This document shows, one piece after another, positions 54,481 through 64,000 of a stretch of DNA of 64,000 nt. A program made the position numbers and the translations under genes. The notes under the pieces were generated by a model. It did no database searches. It worked only from the letters and a program-made list of their open reading frames with translations, and was not told where the DNA came from. The DNA comes from Macrostomum hystrix. Lineage: Eukaryota; Animalia; Platyhelminthes. The number at the start of each line of letters is the position of its first letter. Position 1 is the stretch's first letter. The stretch covers positions 6,820,001-6,884,000 of the forward strand of contig CATNEN010000024.1 in assembly GCA_950097015.1 (NCBI GenBank), written 5' to 3'.

Positions 54481-57329
54481 TCACAGGACAACAATCTTCA
54501 GCAGGTGTTCCTGAATCCGCCTACACCAGGAGCGGCTCTCTGATTCGTGCGCGCAGCGGAGTCGCAGCACATGCAACCGGTTGCAGTCGCCCGCCAGCTG
54601 CAGGTAAACATCGCCTACAATGTGCAATCATGTGAAGGGGGTGAGTGGCAGAGCTCGATTCCGCGGCGAGGCCACATTCACTTGGGACACAGCCATGGAG
54701 AGAAGGTCTGGGGGCTTGTCGTGCAATTTACGCCAACCTCAAAGGCACAGTGAAAGTGCAAACTGCCTGAAGATTAGAAATTCAATTCAGGTACAACTGT
54801 GTGAGCAAGTGCTTGCGTACGGCATCTGTGCACAGGAGTCAACGGAATCGCCTCCAATGATGCGCCATTGCCCGCAGTCCACACAAGCAATTATTAATAT
54901 ATTATTATTATTATTATTATTATATTAATAAGCTCTCGACAAGCTTCCCATCTTGCAGTACAGGCATTGGGACTAAATTATCTAAAGTACATCCAAGAAC
55001 TTCAATAAGCAGTCTATCGTCGCGACTTACAAGCTGCACCGTCGGGCACGAAGCAGTGCGCGATCCGATGAATCGGCAGCGGATCCAGCAGCAGAATCAG
55101 CGGCTGAGGATCTCCCAGATGCTGCAGCTGCTCCGATCCTGTGGCAGCGATTATTAGCGAGTCCGGGAACAGAAATCCCCGAGCCTCGCTAGACTTGCCC
55201 CTCTCCAACAGCTGGATGGGCCCGCAGTGCATCAGGCTTGACATCGGCCAGCTGAACACCTGCTGCTGATGATGATGCTGATTATGATCTTGCCGATGTG
55301 ACACGAACAGTAGTCGCGGCTCTGGTGACCTGCCACCACTGCCACCGGCGTTCATAAGCTGGCCAGGTAAGTAGCTCGCCTTCAGACAAGTTTGAAATAA
55401 ATAATATTTGTGCGTTTTCCTTATCTACTCATAGTAGAAATGTATGCGCTTTCGATACGCACCCACGGAATTAGAATCGTGAGTACATTTTTTCTCATAC
55501 AATAAAGGCCGACGCTTAGATAAAACAAGTTTTCTCAAGGATAAAAGAGGTCTTTTCTCTTACCGCTATCAGTGCTAATATTTGCTCTCTCTCTATCTTG
55601 CCTCCTCTTACTACTAAGGTTATTAATTGCATAAAATGATCAGAAGCAGAAGGCTAAATTCCCTGTTCTCGCTGCACTACTTAATTCAGTTCGCAACTTG
55701 GCGCGCCATGCACTTTAGTACCAATAGACTACAGATTTTTGATAATGCAGGTCTACCTCGCTGCTAAACCATAAGTGTTTGTCTGATTAGAACAATTTCC
55801 CTTACCATTACGACCCCAATTTGTGTCTTCACTTATGTTTATGAGAACAACTTACAAAATCCGTTTTTCGGGGAAAATCCTAGCACCGCAACACTCCACA
55901 ACAGTCACCTCACTCCACAACAGCCACCTCACTCCAAAACAGCCACCTCACTCCACAACAGCCACCTCACTCCACAACAGCCACCTCACTCCACAACAGC
56001 CACCTCACTCCACAGCAGCAATCACACTCCACAGCAGCCACCTTCACTCCACAACAGCCACCTCACTCCACAACAGTCACCTCACTCCACAACAGCTACC
56101 TCACTCCACAACAGCCACCTCACTCCACAACAGCAATCACACTCCACAGCAGCCACCTTCACTCCACAACAGCCACCTCATTCCAAAGCAGCCACCTTCA
56201 CTCCACAACAGCCACCTCACTCCACAACAGCCACCTCATTCCACAGCAGCCACCTCACATCACAATAACTACAACAACCACTCTACTCTATATCTCTAAT
56301 AATTTTTACCCCCCAACTAGTTGCTTACAATATCGTACAGCGACTTGACGTCCCTTCTAAACGCTCCACCACCGCTAGCGGTGCCAGCGAGGCGCCATCC
56401 AGCTGCCAACGCTTCTGTCGTCCCAGACGCAGCCACCGATGATGAAGTTGCGGACGGGGCGTCACGACCGCATTCTGGCAGCACGCTGGGACTTTTTGCA
56501 ACACCCAGCTGCAGAAGTCGTGGCGCCAACGGCGGAGGCAGCGAACTCTGCTGCTGCTGCTGCCGATCCTCCTGTCGGCGACGTCGCCGATGCTCGCTAG
56601 ACTGTTGTCGACTAGAATCCGCCGAACGACCGCACGCGGTGCGAGCGATCTCATTCAGCACTGCATGCCAGCCACTGATCTGTTATTTGTTACCGTGTAG
56701 TTGGCATAAAGACCTGATGCCACCTAAATGAGACCTGATCCCACCTGAATGATACCTGATCCCACCTGAATGATACCTGATCCCACCTGAATGAGACCTG
56801 ATCCCACCTGAATGAGACCTGATCCCACCTGAATGAGACCTGATCACACCTGAATGAGACCTGATCCCACCTGAATGAGACCTAATGCTGAGATCTTAGG
56901 AGAGTAATATCACATAGTGAATTGTTCATACCTTTCCGCTAGATTGCAGGCTGTCCAATGAGAATGTAATACTGCCGAGAAACTCAGCGAATCTGTTGAT
57001 TTTGAGTCAAATGAATAAAATCCGTAAAAGTACAATCTAGTCACTAGAAATCCTAGAAATTACAAAGGTATTATTAGGTCCAAGTCAACTCACCCTTCGC
57101 GGCCAAGTTGATTCCAAACAGAAATCAAAAGATCCTTTTTAGTTGATCCAAATTCCTGTCTGCCACTGCTTATGGCTGCCTGATGCTGCTGCTGCTGCTG
57201 CTGCTTTTGATGCTGATTTTCTAGAGGCAGGTTGAGCACAAAGTGCTCATTGTACAGAGGAAAGTCTGTATCAGGCACAACTTGAGTTTTGCACTTTTCG
57301 CTTGACTGACCCTCGGGATAAAAGCTGAT
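54481..57329 (-). CDS. Host multi-exon gene with C2 and PH domains (RGS3 long isoform/PsGEF-like); partial model
   Basis: Exons 57094-57329 (KTQVVPDTDFPLYNEHF...LLISVWN), 56932-56992 (EFLGSITFSLDSL) and 56329-56679 (ISGWHAVL) join in phase into a C2 domain. Exons ~55031-55358 (LMHCGPIQLLE...FLFPDSLIIA) and 54481-54597 (LRLRCAHESESRSWCRRIQEHL*) look like a PH domain. Some linking exons and the 5' exons (possibly near 59000-60250) are unresolved. Confidence 0.65.
54651..54928 (+). mobile_element. Probable SINE, copy 2, with an (ATT)n 3' tail
   Basis: GAGCTCGATTCCGCGGCGAGGCCACATTCA...GAGAAGG...GGGGGCTTGTCG.GCAATTTACGCC shared with the 2475-2863 copy. Confidence 0.6.
55892..56258. repeat. Degenerate ~19-21-bp C/A-rich minisatellite (CACTCCACAACAGCCACCT)
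   Basis: Tandem periodicity. Confidence 0.88.
56711..56883. repeat. 21-bp minisatellite (GAGACCTGATCCCACCTGAAT), ~8 copies
   Basis: Tandem periodicity. Confidence 0.92.
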
Positions 57330-57505
57330 CTGCAAGTTTATTTTCATTAAGTCATTGGAATTAAAGTACACTTTAGAATCGTTCAGTTAGCCTTCTTACA
57401 CTGTGATTGAATCAATTTGACTTCTCATTTGCTGAACCTGTCTTCATTGCAAATATCTCATCCCACCAGTCGCCTTAAATATTTAGCAATCCTCTTTAAA
57501 ATCTA

Positions 57506-58885
57506 CCCCCACTCCTTTCAACCACCCCACTCCTTCAACCAACCCACTCCTTCAACCACCCCACTCCTTCAAACACCACACTCCTTCAACCACCCCACTC
57601 CTTCAACCACCACACTCCTTCAACCACCCCACTCCTTCAACCACCCCACTCCTTCAACCACCCCACTCCTTCAACCACCCCACTCCTTCAACCACCACAC
57701 TCCTTCAACCACCCCACTCCTTCAACCACCCCACTCCTTAAACCACCCCACTCCTTCAACCACCCCACTCCTTCAACCACCCCACTCCTTCAACCACCAC
57801 ACTCCTTCAACCACCCCACTCCTTCAAACACCACACTCCTTCAACCACCCCGCTCCTTCAACCACCCCACTCCTTCAACCACCCACTCCTTCAACCACCC
57901 ACTCCTTCAACCACCCCACTCCTCCAACCACCCACTCCTTCAACCACCCCACTCCTTCAACCACCCAACTCCTTCAACCACCCCACTCCTTCAACCACCA
58001 CACTCCTTCAACAACCCCGCTCCTTCAACCACCCCACTCCTTCAACCACCCCACTCCTTCAATCACCCCACTCCTTCAATCACCCCACTCCTCCAACCAC
58101 CACACTCCTTCAACCACCCCGCTCCTTCAACCACCACACTCCTTCAACCACCCCGCTCCTTCAACCACCCCACTCCTTCAACCACCCCACTCCTTCAACC
58201 ACCCCACTCCTTCAACCACCCCACTCCTTCAATCACCCCACTCCTTCAATCACCCCACTCCTCCAACCACCACACTCCTTCAACCACCCCGCTCCTTCAA
58301 CCACCACACTCCTTCAACCACCCCACTCCTTCAACAACCCCACTCCTTCAACCACCACACTCCTTCAACCACCACACTCCTTCAACCACCACACTCCTTC
58401 AACCACCCCACTCCTTCAACAACCCCGCTCCTTCAACCACCACACTCCTTCAACCACCCCACTCCTTCAACAACCCCGCTCCTTCAACCACCCCACTTCT
58501 TCAATCACCCCACTCCTCCAACCACCACACTCCTTCAACCACCCCGCTCCTTCAACCACCCCACTCCTTCAACCACCCCACTCCTTCAATCACCCCACTC
58601 CTTCAATCACCCCACTCCTTCAATCACCCCACTCCTTCAACCACCCCACTCCTTCAACCACCCCACTCCTTCAACCACCCCACTCCTTCAACCACCCCAC
58701 TCCTTCAACAACCCCGCTCCTTCAACCACCTCACTCCTTCAACAACCCCGCTCCTTCAACCACCCCACTCCTTCAATCACCCCACTCCTTCAACCACCCC
58801 ACTCCTTCAATCACCCCACTCCTTCAATCACCCCACTCCTTCAACCACCCCACTCCTTCAACCACCCCACTCCTTCAACCAACCC
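57506..58885. repeat. 17-bp minisatellite (CACTCCTTCAACCACCC), ~80 copies
   Basis: Tandem periodicity; the 516-aa ORF over it is a by-product. Confidence 0.95.
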
Positions 58886-59265
58886 AATCTTGCAGCGACG
58901 CCACTACTCTAACCATACTACTCCATCAAACCCAAAATCCTCTAACCAACCGGCTCTACTTCTATAAAATTACACATCTACAACACGTTCCTATAAAAAG
59001 ATGGGTAAAAAATTTGATTTCATTGACTGACGCGAACAAAGCTGCAGCATCTCCTGCCTCGTTGAGAACATAAGTTCCTCGCCGCGATAACTGAAAAGGT
59101 TGAAGAAATGAATCTGCTTAATTACAGAAAAATTTTGGAGATAAAAAAAATCCCTAGTAGTGAGAAATATGCACCGTTAATACTCAGTTGATTCTGCGTG
59201 GCATGGATAGACAGTTTGAGCTCGGCCTCTGAAAGATTGAAAATTGAATTTTCATGTGTAGGCTA

Positions 59266-59935
59266 CCGAACTCGACTTAAAAAATCCCGAACCCGATCTC
59301 AAAGATCCCAAACCCGATCTAAAAGATCCCTTTCCTGATCTAAAAGATCCCGAACCCGATATTGAAGATCCCGAACCCGATATTGAAGATCCCGAACCTG
59401 ATCTCCAAAATCCCGACCCCGATCTCAAAGATCCCGAACCTGATCTCAAAGACCCCGAACTCGATCTCAAAGTTCCCGAACTCGACTTCAAAAATCCCGA
59501 ACCCGATCTCAAAGTTCTTGAACGCAATCTCAAAGATCCCGAACCTGATCTCAAAGATCCCGAACCCGATTTTGAAGATCCCGAACCGGATCTAAAAGAC
59601 CCCGAACCCGATCTCAAAGTTCTTGAACGCAATCTCAAAGATCCCGAACCTGATCTTAAAGATCCCGAACCCGATTTTGAAGATCCCGAACCCGATCTAA
59701 AAGACCCCGAACCCGATCTCAAAGTTCCTGAACGCAATCTCAAAGATCCCGAACCTAATCTCAAAGATCCCGAACCCGATTTTGAAGATCCCGAACTCGA
59801 TATTGAAGATCCCGAACTCGATATTTAAGATCCCGAACCTGATCTCAAAGATCCCGAACATGATTTCGAAGATCCCGAACTCGATATTGAAGATCCCGAA
59901 CCCGATATGAAGATCCCGAACCCGATCTCAAAGAT
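59266..59935. repeat. 21-bp minisatellite (AAGATCCCGAACCCGATCTCA), ~32 copies
   Basis: Tandem periodicity with variants. Confidence 0.93.
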
Positions 59936-60804
59936 GCCTAACTACACACTCAAAAGCTCTAAAATGGCTTCAATTTCTCCCTATCAAAAATCCTTCCCAA
60001 TGTCTTCGTTGGGCAGATTGTCTCACCGCCTGCGGTGTTTCGTCCAGCTGCCGAGGACGCCACCGAATTGGTCTCCGCCACCGTTGATGTCATAATTGAC
60101 GCTTGATTAGCCGCTGTTTTCTCTTTTATTGACTCAATTCCGACCTGTATTGTTACAGCTGCTGCTGCTGCTGCTTGCTGGCGACTAGAAGCGGCGGATG
60201 TGGAACTGGCAGTGTCGGAATGAAGCAACTGCCAGCTAGCGCGGGGCATAGCGGGACCGAATTAACACAAAATCAGCAGAAGCAGCCGCGGCAGCAGCAA
60301 AAGAGGTAGGTGCGCAGGTGCTGAGCTGTTCCGCTCTCCTTTCTTCCGCGCGCAGGAAATTGATGATGGGAGGTGCGACCGGCGCTCAGCGTTTTTTAGG
60401 AATTCGTCTTGTCGACGGTGATAATTTCTTTTCTTGTGTATTTTCGCCGCCGACTGCGATCACTCCCCTTTAGCATTCAATCTCCCACAAACCCTTGGTC
60501 CTCTCTCTTTGGTCAGTTTTTTTCAGTCGAGTTATTCGGTCTGCCGAACCGGCCTGATTGGCTGATCTGCTTTTTCTTCTAGTCTGTTTCGTTTCTTTTG
60601 TTGTTTTTCAGTTTTTTTTTCTTTTTCTCCCGTTGTCCGCTCTGGCTGGTATCGCTTTCCAAAAACCTGGCTTCAAGTGTTAGCTGCTGCCTGCATAGCT
60701 ACTATAATATTATCTAGCGAAAAAGTACTTGTTTTTCACCATCAATAAATGTTCATAGTACTAGAAGGTCTTTTTTAACTATTTGATTTGTTCTCTTCTG
60801 TCAC

Positions 60805-61305
60805 AGCATCATTCTCAGTCACTCTAAATAATTCTCAGTCACTCTGCATGATTTCAGTCACTCTGCATCATTCTCAGGCACTCTGCATGATTCTCAGTCA
60901 CTCTAAATCATTCTCAGTCATTCTGCATCATTCTCAGTCACTCTGCATCATTCTCAGTCACTCTGCATCATTCTCAGTCACTCTGCATCATTCTCAGTCA
61001 CTCTGCATCATTCTCAGTCACTCTGCATCATTCTCAGTCACTCTGCATCATTCTCAGTCACTCTGCATCATTCTCAGTCACTCTGCATCATTCTCAGTCA
61101 CTCTGCATCATTCTCAGTCACTCTGCATCATTCTCAGTCACTCTGCATCATTCTCAGTCACTCTGCATCATTCTCAGTCACTCTGCATCATTCTCAGTCA
61201 CTCTGCATCAATAACTATCACTCTGCATGATTCTCAGTCACTCTGCATCAATCTCAGTCACTCTGCATCATTTTTAGTCACTCTGCATCATTCTCAGTCA
61301 CTCTG
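60805..61305. repeat. 20-bp minisatellite (CTCTGCATCATTCTCAGTCA), ~25 copies
   Basis: Tandem periodicity with a homogeneous centre. Confidence 0.95.
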
Positions 61306-61319
61306 TTTCACTCACTGTC

Positions 61320-61912
61320 TCTATCTCTCTATCTATTTGCAGGGGGGCCCGGGGCACTTGTCGCACAAGCGATGGAGCGGCACGCCCCCAGACCGGCGAA
61401 CTAGGCGCTTAGCGCCCATCGCGCCGCCTCCCCTGAGCAGGCACCACACACAGCAGCACAGACCAGCCGGGGAGGGCAGGAGGCATCCAGAATAGGCAGC
61501 AGTGCCCCCCACTTCCAGCCCCACTCGCACAGAGCATATCAAGCCGGGGCGGAATGCTGATAAGAAATCAGTCCTCAGGGGGGGGCGGGTGATGAGTGTA
61601 CACTTATCCAATCGCGCTGACGGAAATCCAGAAAGCGCGCGGCGGTGTACACCCGCCCCCAGCCTCCCCCCGCAGGGCCTCACGCCCCAGCGCCAACGCA
61701 CACAACTCACACAACGCAGAACAGGCACACAGAAGGTAGGAGCGAAGCTATTATTTGAAGCTTTGATTGCACGAAATATGGTGCACCTCCGCCGATCGCT
61801 ACTGTCCAAACCCACAAACAAGTCGCGAAATTAATCGTGACTTGAAGGAAGATTCGAACTAGCGTCCATTGGAGTGCGAGGCAGCGACGCTAGCCGCTGA
61901 CCCACTCGCCCA
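61320..61912 (-). mobile_element. Probable tRNA-derived SINE (GC-rich, ~600 bp)
   Basis: Minus-strand head GGGCGAGTGGGTCAGCGGCTAGCGTCGCTGCCTCGCAC...CTAGTTCGAATC has A-box-like and B-box (GTTCGAATC) motifs. GC-rich body; GATA/GA-rich end near 61320. Confidence 0.5.
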
Positions 61913-62470
61913 CACACCTGTGTGAGCGAGTGCCTGCGTACAGTATCTGTGTGCGTGTGTGCTCACTGTCACTCTGTTTTATTCGTCCCTTCGCTTAACT
62001 GTCTTTATTTGCTGCAGTCGTGACTTTTGCAAAAATTACACTCGCTGTTCTGTCAGCCTATAGCAGAATGCAAGGGCCTTGAATGACTGCGCCAATAAAC
62101 TTTATAAGGCCACAAATTTTCACCTTTCCTAGAAACATACTCTCCTAGAAGCAGTTACGCAACATTTTTCTGAGTGGCAAAGCAATTTAGTGCCCGCAAA
62201 CCGCTGACGCTTTGACCGCCCGGCGTGATGAAGTGGCCGACAAGCCTTGCGCACGGGGATACCTTTTGACATTTAGGCTAGTGCCAGCATGCCATGGCAA
62301 CTAAAATCACTCAGCCTGCTCCCTTTCCTGTCCTTCCCTCAAGCATAGCCTAGGTTGGACACCTAAGCCAACTGTAAGAAAAGTACTGAATTATTTTGCT
62401 AAATCCAAGCTTTCAGTGAAGAAGCTGAATTGTTTCATTCCAAAAAACATTTTGCTCATGCGAATCAACT

Positions 62471-63293
62471 CACAGTGACAGATCAGCAGCTCAGTCAGTC
62501 ACCAGCTCACAGTGACAGATCAGCAGCTCAGTCAGTCAGTCACCAGCTCACAGTGACAGATCAGCAGCTCAGTCAGTCAGTCACCAGCTCACAGTGACAG
62601 ATCAGCAGCTCAGTCAGTCAGTCACCAGCTCACAGTGACAGATCAGCAGCTCAGTCAGTCACCAGCTCACAGTGACAGATCAGCAGCTCAGTCAGTCAGT
62701 CACCAGCTCACAGTGACAGATCAGCAGCTCAGTCAGTCACCAGCTCACAGTGACAGATCAGCAGCTCAGTCAGTCAGTCACCAGCTCACAGTGACAGATC
62801 AGCAGCTCAGTCAGTCAGTCACCAGCTCACAGTGACAGATCAGCAGCTCAGTCAGTCAGTCACCAGCTCACAGTGACAGATCAGCAGCTCAGTCAGTCAG
62901 TCACCAGCTCACAGTGACAGATCAGCAGCTCAGTCAGTCAGTCACCAGCTCACAGTGACAGATCAGCAGCTCAGTCAGTCACCAGCTCACAGTGACAGAT
63001 CAGCAGCTCAGTCAGTCAGTCACCAGCTCACAGTGACAGATCAGCAGCTCAGTCAGTCAGTCACCAGCTCACAGTGACAGATCAGCAGCTCAGTCAGTCA
63101 GTCACCAGCTCACAGTGACAGATCAGCAGCTCAGTCAGTCAGTCACCAGCTCACAGTGACAGATCAGCAGCTCAGTCAGTCACCAGCTCACAGTGACAGA
63201 TCAGCAGCTCAGTCAGTCACCAGCTCACAGTGACAGATCAGCAGCTCAGTCAGTCACCAGCTCACAGTGGCAGATCAGCAGCTCAGTCAGTCA
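62471..63293. repeat. 37/41-bp minisatellite (CACAGTGACAGATCAGCAGCT(CAGT)2-3CACCAGCT), ~21 copies
   Basis: Tandem periodicity; unit length varies by one CAGT. Confidence 0.95.
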
Positions 63294-64000
63294 CGCAGAA
63301 AATGACAAGCTGGTGGCAAATCACTAAGACAAAAAATGTCTACACAATGGCCTCAGTGCGTAAGAAGGAACATTGGAATTTTCGTGTCTGCTTGTCATCG
63401 AACGCAGCGATGCAGTGTGGTGTCTGTAGGGTTGGTACAGGTTTAGTGTAATGGATAACTACATGACGGCCAGATCCTATGCACCCATAGCTGTTTTATT
63501 GACCCAAGAAGAAAGACAGAGAGAGGCAAGACAGGCAGAAGTGGGGATCAGTAGCACACCTTGCCTAGTCGCTAATTGGCAAACTGCAGGCTCAGCTAAT
63601 TGCTGATAGCTAAGCCTCAGCTGCCTACAACGGAGACGGGAGATCGAGGGATATTAGTTGGGATTATCTCCCCTCCTATATCCCTTCCGCAATCTTATAG
63701 TGACTTGTTCATCTGCAAACTGCATTCTTTGACTTGTCTTCTGCTTTTTTGGAGATTCGAAAAGTTTGTGCCTCTCGGCCCCTCTTCCCAACGTCCTAAC
63801 CCAGCGCAGAAGCTAGTTTTTTCTGCCACCGACTGTCCATAAATACGCGGGTTTTCAATTACCGACCTGTACAGAAATGGCCCTTTTATTTGCGCCAAAC
63901 ACGGGCTGTGATTAAAACTTTTCTCTTTTAAATTTTAATGGGACTTTTTGCCATAGAAGACTTCATAAGTTGCTTTAACTTCAAGATGTACTTTTAGGTT

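Noticed and set aside
57506-58885. Telomere-like C-rich strand bias
   Set aside because: The 17-bp unit does not contain TTAGGG-type repeats and lies internally beside exons.
57417-61495. 516-aa, 170-aa and 235-aa low-complexity ORFs
   Set aside because: They lie wholly over 17-, 21- and 20-bp minisatellites.

Overview
Eukaryotic, most likely invertebrate animal, genomic DNA; no prokaryotic features. The main element is a 15,362-bp Polinton/Maverick (adintovirus-like) endogenous DNA virus at 10770-26131. It has AGTAGT...ACTACT termini, near-identical TIRs of 684 and 659 bp, and a 6-bp target-site duplication (TCTGAG). Apparently uninterrupted ORFs encode protein-primed PolB, retroviral-like integrase, packaging ATPase, adenain protease, major and minor capsid proteins, a parvovirus-type PLA2, an adenovirus pX-like core protein and several unknowns. 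One unknown ORF lies inside the TIRs and is therefore present twice. The element sits in a 30-bp satellite array (9132-50081 including the insertion). By manual splice-phase reconstruction, that array fills a single ~41-kb intron of a 10-exon OTUD4/ALG13/Otu-like host gene (minus strand, about 682 aa). A second host gene with C2 and PH domains lies on the minus strand at ~54.5-57.3 kb. The rest is intronic or intergenic minisatellites, probable tRNA-derived SINEs and a hAT-type end. All family assignments come from motifs recognised by eye; no database search was run.
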